From positions 1 through 62,522 of the forward strand of contig RFFQ01000191.1 of the NCBI GenBank assembly GCA_003697105.1: a stretch of DNA of 62,522 nucleotides, written 5' to 3'. The position numbers were made by a program, and so were the translations under genes. Positions 18,060 through 26,577 of the stretch are shown here, in pieces. Numbering within the stretch: the first letter of the stretch is position 1; the number at the start of each line of letters is the position of its first letter. The stretch comes from Gemmatimonadota bacterium (GTDB lineage Bacteria > 4572-55 > J002). The notes under the pieces were generated by a model. The model did not search any database and was not told the origin of the DNA. It was given only the letters and a program-made list of their open reading frames with translations.

Positions 18060-18075
18060 TGCAAAATGCTTTCCA
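18060..18075 (-). promoter_or_regulatory. Possible sigma54 (-24/-12) promoter for the lipoprotein-FadL operon
   Basis: TGGAAAGCATTTTGCA (GG-N10-GC) about 60 nt upstream of ATG 18000. Confidence 0.45.
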
Positions 18076-18204
18076 TGATGTTACGGTGCCGCTTTTTCCA
18101 TTCGGTGCGGGTTTTCTATGGTTTTGTCTGGAAAGTTAGTCTAATCGCAGTTTGTCACAAAAAAAGAACAAAAGTGTCTATTTTGCAACCCCGTGACCTA
18201 CGTT

Positions 18205-18666
18205 TTAATAAAAATTGACGGAATGATCGATCAGGACACCCTCATGATACGTAAATTTGCCGGAGAAAAACGGGGGCTGGTCGAGCCATTTCAAGAAGAT
18301 GCGATCCCCTTCCCACAGGTTGAGATTCAATAATTGAGAGTCATCGATCCACGCTAAATGTCCTTCCGGGCTATTTTCAATGAGTTCGCCTTCAAATTCA
18401 TCAATGATAAAGACAAACACATACCAATCGTGTGTTCCATCAAACTGCGGGAATGTTAAAAACCCCTTTAATATCAGGCGGGTGGCGATCAATCCAGATT
18501 CTTCTTCTACTTCGCGACGGGCGCACATTTCTGGTGTTTCTCCGGGGTTGAATTTTCCCCCGAGGCCGTTCCACTTGCCTTCATGCATATCATTTTTCTT
18601 TTTGATGCGGTGCATCATCAGGGTTTTACCCCCCGATTTTACATAGCAAAGTGTGGCTAATTTCAT
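18205..18666 (-). CDS. Nudix hydrolase, 8-oxo-dGTP diphosphatase (MutT/MutX-like)
   Basis: ATLCYV...GKWNGLGGKFNPGETPEMCARREVEEESG Nudix box; EGHLAWI...LWEGDRIF. Confidence 0.88.
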   Translation of the reverse strand: MKLATLCYVKSGGKTLMMHRIKKKNDMHEGKWNGLGGKFNPGETPEMCARREVEEESGLIATRLILKGFLTFPQFDGTHDWYVFVFIIDEFEGELIENSPEGHLAWIDDSQLLNLNLWEGDRIFLKWLDQPPFFSGKFTYHEGVLIDHSVNFY

Positions 18667-18761
18667 AGTTGTTTTGCTTTCTCAAGCGTGATTCGGGGCA
18701 CTGTTTTGCCCTAACTTAACGGGTCAACTTGCTTTTTACCATCAAAAAGAAAAAAAAGTAG

Positions 18762-18791
18762 TTGACAAGGGCAAATAGTTTATGATAGAGT
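18762..18791 (+). promoter_or_regulatory. Probable sigma70 promoter of the TBDR operon, with upstream A-tract
   Basis: TTGACA(18762)-18 nt-TAGAGT(18786) with TG extended -10; A-rich tract 18744-18757. Confidence 0.5.
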
Positions 18792-18882
18792 ATGTGCCGT
18801 TTGAGGGATTCTAGCATGTTATTTCTAGTTTATTTGCCTACCTATTGCTCCACAAGCATAACATAATATCGTGATCGATAAT

Positions 18883-19092
18883 GGGTCAACCCTAAACCGG
18901 CGCGTGCCGGAGCGGCGCTTTGTTGACCCTGCCAATGTTGGCACCGAATTTATAGGAACTTGCATGTCGTTTTAGGGGAAGGAGGGAATTTCTCCGATTT
19001 GCAAGACAATGTATTCCAACGGTTTTCAATTCATTAGCAGGTACATTGACCGTGTTTGTCACTGGCTGTGACAGGGGAGGATGTACCTTTTT
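18883..19092 (+). promoter_or_regulatory. Candidate structured 5' leader RNA (riboswitch/attenuator-like)
   Basis: Several nested stems ending in a stem + U-tract about 35 nt before the TBDR start; no known Rfam consensus recognised. Confidence 0.4.
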
Positions 19093-19126
19093 CCATCCAT
19101 TCACTCTTCTTTTAAGGAGGTTGTGT

Positions 19127-22075
19127 ATGTTCAGGTTCGTTTCTACATGTTTCATAGTCGTGCTTTTGGCAGTATCGATGGTTTATGCCGGTACGACCGG
19201 GAACATCTCAGGCTCTGTGCACGATTCTGAGACTGGCGATCCTCTTGAAGGGGCGACTGTGTCGCTTCTAGGTACTTCTGTGGGCAGCTTTTGCGATGCA
19301 GAAGGGAATTTTCAACTCTACAACGTGCCCGCCGGGGAATATACGCTGATGATTTCCCTGATTGGATACCAGCAGTTGCAGATTGAGAATTTCCACGTGG
19401 TGCCGGACTTCACCAAGCAGGTTAATGTGGAGTTAAAGCCGCAATCCATCGCAATGGGGGAAGTTGTTGTTAGCGGTGAGCGTGCCCTAATTCAGCGAGA
19501 TGAGACCGCCACCGTTCGTGTCACTACATCCGAAGAAATGCAAAATATGGCACTTCGTACCGCGACTGATGTAGTTGGGCTACAAGCGGGTGTGGTGCGG
19601 GATGCCGGAGGTGCCTTCAAAACCTTGCGGGGATCTGAAACTGCTGAAAATGAAAGTGGCTCCAGCGGGCTTTATATTCGTGGGGGCCGGGGAAATGAAG
19701 TTGCTTTTATCGTTGATGGAGTCAACCAACAAGACCCCATTTCGGGTGCAACCACGACCGCAATCAACAATAACGCCATTGAACAAGTGGTGTTAACGAC
19801 CGGTGGTTTCAATGCCGAATATGGTCGGATTATGTCCGGTGTGGTTAATGTGACCACGAAAGGCGGTGGCAAAGAATATCATGGCTCGGCGGAAATGCTG
19901 ACGGATGCGGTTGCCCCCGGTTTTGGCGCAGATACGTACGAACAAAATGTCTATAGTCTATCTTTAGGCGGTCCGTTGGTTCCGGGCAATGAAAACTTCC
20001 GTTTCTTCGTTTCCGGGGAAATCCGTGATATGGGTGACCGCGAACCCCGTAACGCCGTGATCGAACCGTTTGAAGTTCGCACGGTCAATGGCGAAAAGGT
20101 CAAGTTTACCAACGATGGAAGGTTACCCCATAACTCTTTGGAAGGGTACTCCTTACAAGGTAAGTTGAATCTGGATATTTCGCCGGTGATGGATTTGGAA
20201 TTGTCTGCTTTGGGGTCAGAAAATGACTTTGAGCAGTACATCCATGCGTATAAATACAATATGAAACACGCACCGGAAGTAAATGAAGATAACCTTTCTT
20301 TGGCGGCACGTTTCCGCCACACCCTCGACCCGAAGACGTTTTACACCCTTTCGGCAAATTACTTCTCGACCGAACGTTTCCGTGGTGATGGTGTTCATGG
20401 GCAAAATCTACGTGATTACGGGCGGCTCTCTAACCCGGGCTATAACGACAATTACGATTTGTTCTTGAACGGCGATATTGATACCACGGAAATCAGTCGG
20501 GATGAATTTGGCAATGTCAGTGGGGATGAAGGTCACGTTTTTGCCGACTACGTTAAGCGCGAGTCCTCCTATATTGGATTCAAAGCCGATATGGTAACCC
20601 AGCGGATCAACAATAATGAGATTAAATTTGGGGTTGAATACCAACGCCACACCTTGCGTCGTTATCACGATTTGTATCCTGAGCAAACCGCGGTGATCGG
20701 TTATGATGAAAATGGTGAAGTGCAGTGGCGTCGTTCTTACTACAATCCCGACAACCCAACCACATTTCAAGATGTAAATTCTTACGGGATCGAGTTGAAT
20801 CCGGATAAATTGAAGCAAGGGATCATTGAATTCCAAGATGTGGATGATGGTCCCAATGGCGCCAAGCACCCGATCACGATGTCGGCGTATTTGCAAAACA
20901 AATTAGAATATGAAGGGATTGTGGTCAATTTTGGTCTGCGATATGACTATCTGGATGCTGCAACGGATGCACTTCGCAATGAAGAACGTCCGTTTGCGTT
21001 TGGGGATTCTACCAAGTTTGACGATGCCGATTTGACGGACAGCAAAGCCTACCATAAACTTAGTCCGCGTTTGGGTATCTCCTTCCCGATTACCGAACGG
21101 ATGATGTTCCGCTTTAGCTACGGGAAGTTTTTCCAGCAACCCAATCTTGAAAACCTGTACGTCAATTACGATTTCTTGAGCTATAAGCTTGAGCAGGGTG
21201 GGTACTACTTCCCGATTGGGAATCCGAACCTCAAGCCGGAAGAAACCACCGCTTACGAAATCGGGTTGACTCGCCAAATTGGTGAAAATCTCCGTTTTGA
21301 CGTGACCGCATACTACAAAGATATTAGCGGTTTGGTACAGGTGAAGAACCAACCGGCAAAACCGCGTAGTTTCGCCAGCTATCGCAACAGTGACTTTGGC
21401 TCGGTGAAGGGTTTTGATTTTGCCCTGAAAATGCGCCGGATTAACCATATTGCGCTGGATTTAGCGTACACGCTCTCCCAAGCGAATGGTACAGGCTCCA
21501 ATACCCAATCTCAACGGAACAACGCTTGGACGGGTGAAGAACCGGCAAAATCGGTTTCCCCGTTAGATTTCGACCAACGGCATGACATTAAAGCCACGGT
21601 TGATGTTCGCTTTGGCGAAGATGAAGGTCCTGTTTGGGGCGGTATCCAACCTTTTGAAAACTTTGGTGCTAACTTCATTTTTACGGCGGCAAGCGGTACG
21701 CCATACACCCCGGTTATCGTTCATAACGAAGTCACGTTGGCCTCGGTTTCTACTGTGCCGGATGGTCCGATCAACTCCCGCCGCAAACCGTGGAGTTTTA
21801 ATGTAGATGCTAAATTCACCCGTGATTTTCCGATGCCGATGGGTGATTTTCAAGTTTACCTCTGGATCGAAAACCTGTTTGATGCTCGCAACGTTGTTCG
21901 TGTGTATGAGTCTTCCGGTGACGGCGAAACGACGACATTCCTAAGTACGGAAAACGGTGAACAATTCGCAACCCGAGGACCGGATGCCGTTGAAGTTTAT
22001 CAAGATAAAGAGCGGAACCCGAACAATTTTTCCAAGCCCCGTATGGTACGGTTAGGGTTGGTTTATCAATTCTAA
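19127..22075 (+). CDS. TonB-dependent receptor with N-terminal carboxypeptidase-regulatory-like domain
   Basis: AAGGAGG SD then ATG 19127; signal peptide; GTTGNISGSVHDSETGDPLEGATV; plug YIRGGRGNE...VDG...TGGFNAEYG...SGVVNVTTK; NFGLRYD, SPRLG, GNPNLKPEET; C-terminal PRMVRLGLVYQF. Confidence 0.92.
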   Translation: MFRFVSTCFIVVLLAVSMVYAGTTGNISGSVHDSETGDPLEGATVSLLGTSVGSFCDAEGNFQLYNVPAGEYTLMISLIGYQQLQIENFHVVPDFTKQVNVELKPQSIAMGEVVVSGERALIQRDETATVRVTTSEEMQNMALRTATDVVGLQAGVVRDAGGAFKTLRGSETAENESGSSGLYIRGGRGNEVAFIVDGVNQQDPISGATTTAINNNAIEQVVLTTGGFNAEYGRIMSGVVNVTTKGGGKEYHGSAEMLTDAVAPGFGADTYEQNVYSLSLGGPLVPGNENFRFFVSGEIRDMGDREPRNAVIEPFEVRTVNGEKVKFTNDGRLPHNSLEGYSLQGKLNLDISPVMDLELSALGSENDFEQYIHAYKYNMKHAPEVNEDNLSLAARFRHTLDPKTFYTLSANYFSTERFRGDGVHGQNLRDYGRLSNPGYNDNYDLFLNGDIDTTEISRDEFGNVSGDEGHVFADYVKRESSYIGFKADMVTQRINNNEIKFGVEYQRHTLRRYHDLYPEQTAVIGYDENGEVQWRRSYYNPDNPTTFQDVNSYGIELNPDKLKQGIIEFQDVDDGPNGAKHPITMSAYLQNKLEYEGIVVNFGLRYDYLDAATDALRNEERPFAFGDSTKFDDADLTDSKAYHKLSPRLGISFPITERMMFRFSYGKFFQQPNLENLYVNYDFLSYKLEQGGYYFPIGNPNLKPEETTAYEIGLTRQIGENLRFDVTAYYKDISGLVQVKNQPAKPRSFASYRNSDFGSVKGFDFALKMRRINHIALDLAYTLSQANGTGSNTQSQRNNAWTGEEPAKSVSPLDFDQRHDIKATVDVRFGEDEGPVWGGIQPFENFGANFIFTAASGTPYTPVIVHNEVTLASVSTVPDGPINSRRKPWSFNVDAKFTRDFPMPMGDFQVYLWIENLFDARNVVRVYESSGDGETTTFLSTENGEQFATRGPDAVEVYQDKERNPNNFSKPRMVRLGLVYQF

Positions 22076-22146
22076 TACGGTCTTCAAGTTAGCTTGAAAA
22101 CTATCACTCAAATTAAAAACTTGAAACCTCAAGTAGGAGAGTAAAC

Positions 22147-25100
22147 ATGAGAAAAACCATTGCGTTACTTCTCGTTTTAGCATTTGCTTTTAGCGGAATG
22201 AGTTATGCCGCGCCGAATGCTGGTAAAGGGATGGGTTCTCAGACCTACGCCATTGATACCGGCGGGCGCTTGAATGTTAACAATGTGGATATGTTTGTCA
22301 CCAACATCGGTTCCTTCGCCTGGGATATTGAAACCGGTGATCCGGGTCTTTACTTCCCTAATGGTACGGATCGTACCGCTGTCTTTGCCTCTGGAATTTG
22401 GATTGGAGGCTTGGTGAATGGGGAAATTGAAGTCCGTGTGGCGGAATATTCTCAGGATTATACGCCGGGACACATCAGCAACGGTAATTTCGTGGAAGAT
22501 AATCCGGCGTTTAAAATTTACAGCATCACCAGCGATTCGAAACCGGGTGACCCGGATTGGGAAGAATGGGTTAATGCCGCCAATACCCTCGAAGTAGGTC
22601 CCCCATTGAATGAGGATGGTACCCCCGCGCTGATCGGTGACCAAACCCTCTGGTGCGTTTACAACCTGATGGATATGAGTTTTGTGACCAATGATGCCAG
22701 TGCCCCGGCACGGACACCTTTACCGATTGAAATCCACCAAACCGCCTTTGCCTACAACCGTTCCGGTGCGTTGGGGAACGTGGTTTTCTTGAAATTACAG
22801 CTTTACAACAAAGGAGATGTGACAATCGATGATTGCTATATCTCCCTTTGGTCAGACCCCGATTTGGGTGGTGCAAGTGATGACTATGTCGGATGCGATG
22901 TGGATAAAAGCTTAGGTTATTGCTATAATGCCACAAATACGGATAACATCTATGGCTCTGAGCCTCCGTGTGTGGGTTATGACTTCTTCCAAGGTCCGTT
23001 GGTGTATATTGCCGGCGAAACCTACGAAGATGTGAATGGAAACGGTGTTTTTGATGAAGGAGATACCCCGCTCACTGAAGGGAAAGCCTTTGGTGAAGTG
23101 CATCCCGGTGCGAAAAATTTGGGTATGAGTTCCTTTAACAAATACATCAATGGTACAGACCCGCATAGTGCGCAAGAAACCTACTGGTACATGCAAGGTT
23201 TGGATGCGTCTAATAACGGTGCGCCGGTGGTGAATCCGATTACCGGTGAAGTTACCCCTTATAACTTTGAAGGTGGTGACCCGGTAACCGGTACCGGCTG
23301 GCTGGACTCTGACCCTGCCGACCGCCGTTTCATGCAAAGTACCGGTCCGTTCACCTTTGCACCGGGTGACCGTCAAGAGATCGTGGCGGCAATTGTGTTG
23401 GGTCAAGGGAAAGACCGCTTGACCAGTATTACCGCTATGCGCTACAACGACCTTTTCGCCCAGAGCGCGTTTGATGCCGATTTTGACCTCCCTTCCCCTC
23501 CCACCCGTCCGAATGTAACCGTTACGGAACTGGATCAGGAAATATTGTTAACCTGGGATAATATTTCTGAAGACCAAAATGGAGATTATCCGTTTGAAGG
23601 TTACAATATTTACCAAGGAGAAACGGTTGCCGGTCCGTGGAAACGAATTGCAACGTTTGACCTCAACAATAGTGTGGGGATTATCTTTGATAATGTGTTT
23701 GATGTGGAAACCGGGGTGGTGATCAATAAACCGGTTCAATTTGGTTCGGATTCCGGTCTGCGCCATCGCTTTTCAATTACCCAAGATTACATTCGCGGGG
23801 GTTCCTTGAAGAATTACTCTTCGTATTATTTTGCGGTGACCGCATACGCTTATGACCCGGATGTAACCCCGAAGACGTTGGAAAATTCGCCGCAAAGTGT
23901 GAAGTTTGGCACCAACTTAAATGGCGATTATGTGCCGGTAGCGGTTATACCTCATCCACAGCGTGCTGGTAATGATTTAGACCCTGCAATACCTGAAGAC
24001 CCCACTGGTAGTATTGAGGTGACTTATGATCGGGTTGATGACAATCAAGCTCCAACGACAGATATCGTTGAGGTTTATGTTGTTGACCCTGTGCAAACGA
24101 CAGGACATGATTATAAAATCTCATGGGAGCCTGTTGAGACCCCTCAACCTGTACCAACAAATCCAGCATATAATTATGCCTTTACTTGGAAAGTAGAAGA
24201 CCTGATAACTGGCCAGACCGTCCTTCAAAACCAATGGAATAAAGATGGTGATGAAAACTATGAAGTGGTCGATGGCGTGATGGTTAAAGTTATCGGTGCC
24301 TATAAGCCCGAATTGCAAACCGTTAACTATGTCGATGTTGCGGGTGACAACGGGCGCGCTATTAGTTGGGTTAACTGGGGGGGTGCTTTCTTTGGAGGTG
24401 CTATCGATTATGGTATGAACTTCTTTGGTTCTGATTTAGACCCTGAAGTGAACCCAGAAGCTTTTGGTACGGTGCAATTGGTTTGGAAAAATGATATTGG
24501 ACCCGGCGGTGAAGTTATTGGTGAGCCGGCAGGTCAGAAAATATACCGCTATGACCGTCCGGGCTATAGTTTTTCGGGTATGGCAGATTCACCTGTTGAA
24601 GCTTGGTTGACCGTTGGTGGTGAGCGTGTCCAACAGCTCAACCTTTGTATGGTAGAGTGGGTTGATAGTGGTATCTATGACGGTGTTTTCCAATTTGATT
24701 GTAGTAGTGTGGGGGGACGTGAGTACCTGTTTGTTATGGCGTCTCCATATGATGGTGATGTTGGTGGGACGTATAACGATGACAATTTTGGTTTAGAGGC
24801 GGATGTTCTGTACGCAGGATGGCTCCGTATGCGGGGTTGTTCTCGTACTATCGAAGCGGGAGATTATTTGGAATTTGTTTGGGCAAAACCGGGCAATACC
24901 AATGATACCTATCTGTTTAGCACCTCCGCGCCTGTACAAGATGACCCGGCGGTAATTAAAACCGCTCTGGATAATGTCAAAGTGGTGCCGAATCCGTATT
25001 ATGCTCACTCCTCTTACGAGTTGGATACCATTACACAAGGTCGTGTGGTGAAGTTCACCAATCTGCCGCACTCGTGTAAGATTCGGATTTTTAATCTGGC

Positions 25101-25305
25101 GGGTGACTTGGTGCGTACCTTGGAAAAATCCGATGAAAATTCCCACTTGGATTGGAATCTATTGACCGAACGCAGCATTCCGGTCGCCAGTGGAATGTAT
25201 ATTTACCACGTTGAAGCCTACGAACGCGGAACACAAAAAGTGGTAGATTCCAAAGTCGGTAAGATGGCGGTCTTCATCGAAGCTGAAAAGTTGAACACCT
25301 ATTAA
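22147..25305 (+). CDS. Large secreted protein with Fn3-like region and C-terminal T9SS-CTD/FlgD-Ig-like domain
   Basis: Signal peptide; WSDPDLGGASDDYVGCD; EDVNGNGVFDEGD Ca-loop; FEGYNIY; YYFAVTAYAY; C-terminal VKVVPNPYY...VKFTNLP...IRIFNLAGDLVRTL...WNL...VASGMYIYHV...GKMAVF. Confidence 0.8.
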   Translation: MRKTIALLLVLAFAFSGMSYAAPNAGKGMGSQTYAIDTGGRLNVNNVDMFVTNIGSFAWDIETGDPGLYFPNGTDRTAVFASGIWIGGLVNGEIEVRVAEYSQDYTPGHISNGNFVEDNPAFKIYSITSDSKPGDPDWEEWVNAANTLEVGPPLNEDGTPALIGDQTLWCVYNLMDMSFVTNDASAPARTPLPIEIHQTAFAYNRSGALGNVVFLKLQLYNKGDVTIDDCYISLWSDPDLGGASDDYVGCDVDKSLGYCYNATNTDNIYGSEPPCVGYDFFQGPLVYIAGETYEDVNGNGVFDEGDTPLTEGKAFGEVHPGAKNLGMSSFNKYINGTDPHSAQETYWYMQGLDASNNGAPVVNPITGEVTPYNFEGGDPVTGTGWLDSDPADRRFMQSTGPFTFAPGDRQEIVAAIVLGQGKDRLTSITAMRYNDLFAQSAFDADFDLPSPPTRPNVTVTELDQEILLTWDNISEDQNGDYPFEGYNIYQGETVAGPWKRIATFDLNNSVGIIFDNVFDVETGVVINKPVQFGSDSGLRHRFSITQDYIRGGSLKNYSSYYFAVTAYAYDPDVTPKTLENSPQSVKFGTNLNGDYVPVAVIPHPQRAGNDLDPAIPEDPTGSIEVTYDRVDDNQAPTTDIVEVYVVDPVQTTGHDYKISWEPVETPQPVPTNPAYNYAFTWKVEDLITGQTVLQNQWNKDGDENYEVVDGVMVKVIGAYKPELQTVNYVDVAGDNGRAISWVNWGGAFFGGAIDYGMNFFGSDLDPEVNPEAFGTVQLVWKNDIGPGGEVIGEPAGQKIYRYDRPGYSFSGMADSPVEAWLTVGGERVQQLNLCMVEWVDSGIYDGVFQFDCSSVGGREYLFVMASPYDGDVGGTYNDDNFGLEADVLYAGWLRMRGCSRTIEAGDYLEFVWAKPGNTNDTYLFSTSAPVQDDPAVIKTALDNVKVVPNPYYAHSSYELDTITQGRVVKFTNLPHSCKIRIFNLAGDLVRTLEKSDENSHLDWNLLTERSIPVASGMYIYHVEAYERGTQKVVDSKVGKMAVFIEAEKLNTY

Positions 25306-25310
25306 GAATG

Positions 25311-25385
25311 TTCAAAGTCTAAAGTTCAAAGTTCTGATGTTTGTAAAGTGCTTTGCACTGGAAACCTTGAACCTGAAACTCAAAT
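25311..25385. repeat. Intergenic 7-nt periodic repeats forming an imperfect inverted repeat
   Basis: ttcaaag-tctaaag-ttcaaag-ttctgat ... ctttgca-ctggaaa-ccttgaa-cctgaaa-ctcaaat. Confidence 0.6.
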
Positions 25386-25403
25386 AATTAGGAGAAGAAA
25401 AAC

Positions 25404-26423
25404 ATGAGACCTACAAAAGTCTTGACTCTAATATTGATTGTTGGGTTGGCACTTGGTCTGACCGCAACAGATGCGCTTGCTGGCGCAGACCGTTTGGGTA
25501 CCGCAGGTGTTCAACAATTGCGTATTCCCCCGACCGCTCGAGGGGCGTCTTTGGGGGGTTCGGTTGTCAGTGATGCCGCCGGTCTGGAGGCTATCTATTG
25601 GAATCCCGCCGGTTTGGCGGCCATAGAGCGCTCCGAAGCTATGCTCTCCTATTCGTCTTATATCGCGGATATGAGCTTTTACATGTTTGGCGCCGGTTTT
25701 AACACTGATTATGGTACCTTTGGATTTTCTTTTCGAGGGTTGGATGTGGGGGAAGAGATTGAAGTGACCACCGAAGCCCAACCCGATGGTACCGGGCAAA
25801 ACTTTAACCCCTTTTTGATGATTGCTGGTGTGACCTATGCGAACCAGTTTACGGAACAAATTTCGGTGGGAGCGTCGGCAAGTGTGGTACATGATGAAAT
25901 TCATGAAGTCTCCGGCTCGACCCTCTCCTTTGATTTTGGTATTCAATATAAAACCCCTTTTCAAGGCTTGGGTTTAGGGATTGTCTTTAAGAATTTCGGA
26001 CCCGGCATGAATTATGACGGTGCCGGTCTGGAAGTTAAAGAAAAGATCACAGGTGATGACCCCGGTGCGCAGCCCCGTCCGGTGCGCTTTCAGGTGGCTA
26101 CCGCTGACCAACCGACCTATGTACAATTCGGTGTCTCCTATGATGCGTGGAGTAACGATATGCACTTGGTCAAAGTCCAACCCACCTACCGGAGCAATGG
26201 CTATTCTGCCGACGAATTTACCATGGGTCTGGAGTACAGCTTTCAAAATCAATTGTTTGTCCGTACCGGCTTGATGACCGCCGATCAGGATGAATATATG
26301 AATGATTTCTCTTTTGGTGCCGGGCTAAAGCTGGGTGATTTCACCTTTGATTACGCCTACGGAAATGATGCCAATGATTTTCTGGGCACGAAAAACTGGT
26401 ACACCCTGAAGTTCGCCTTCTAA
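25404..26423 (+). CDS. PorV/PorQ-family outer-membrane beta-barrel
   Basis: Signal peptide; GTAGVQQLRIPPTARGASLG...EAIYWNPAGLA; FDFGIQY; FKNFGP; GLEY; FSFGAGL...FDYAY; C-terminal F. Confidence 0.85.
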   Translation: MRPTKVLTLILIVGLALGLTATDALAGADRLGTAGVQQLRIPPTARGASLGGSVVSDAAGLEAIYWNPAGLAAIERSEAMLSYSSYIADMSFYMFGAGFNTDYGTFGFSFRGLDVGEEIEVTTEAQPDGTGQNFNPFLMIAGVTYANQFTEQISVGASASVVHDEIHEVSGSTLSFDFGIQYKTPFQGLGLGIVFKNFGPGMNYDGAGLEVKEKITGDDPGAQPRPVRFQVATADQPTYVQFGVSYDAWSNDMHLVKVQPTYRSNGYSADEFTMGLEYSFQNQLFVRTGLMTADQDEYMNDFSFGAGLKLGDFTFDYAYGNDANDFLGTKNWYTLKFAF

Positions 26424-26451
26424 TCTTCCGGGTGAATTCCGTTCTGTTTTT

Positions 26452-26498
26452 GGGTTAAGACTTCCGGAATTATGGATCGGTTTCGGGAGTCTTAACTC
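26452..26498 (+). terminator. Long hairpin (terminator or mRNA-stabilising stem) between the porV-like gene and the cytochrome gene
   Basis: gggttaagacttccggaa / tttcgggagtcttaactc, paired with G-U wobbles on the + strand; weak U-tract. Confidence 0.5.
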
Positions 26499-26577
26499 TA
26501 TAAGAATATATGATTTGATGAATGGGTTTATTATTCATCTTTCATTTATTTTTCACTCTTGTTAAGGAGGTTTATGT

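Noticed and set aside
18883-19092. Cobalamin or c-di-GMP-I riboswitch
   Set aside because: No B12-box/GCCACTG core; CCUAAAC resembles the c-di-GMP-I receptor arm but the GGCAAA/GAAA/GCAAAG elements are missing
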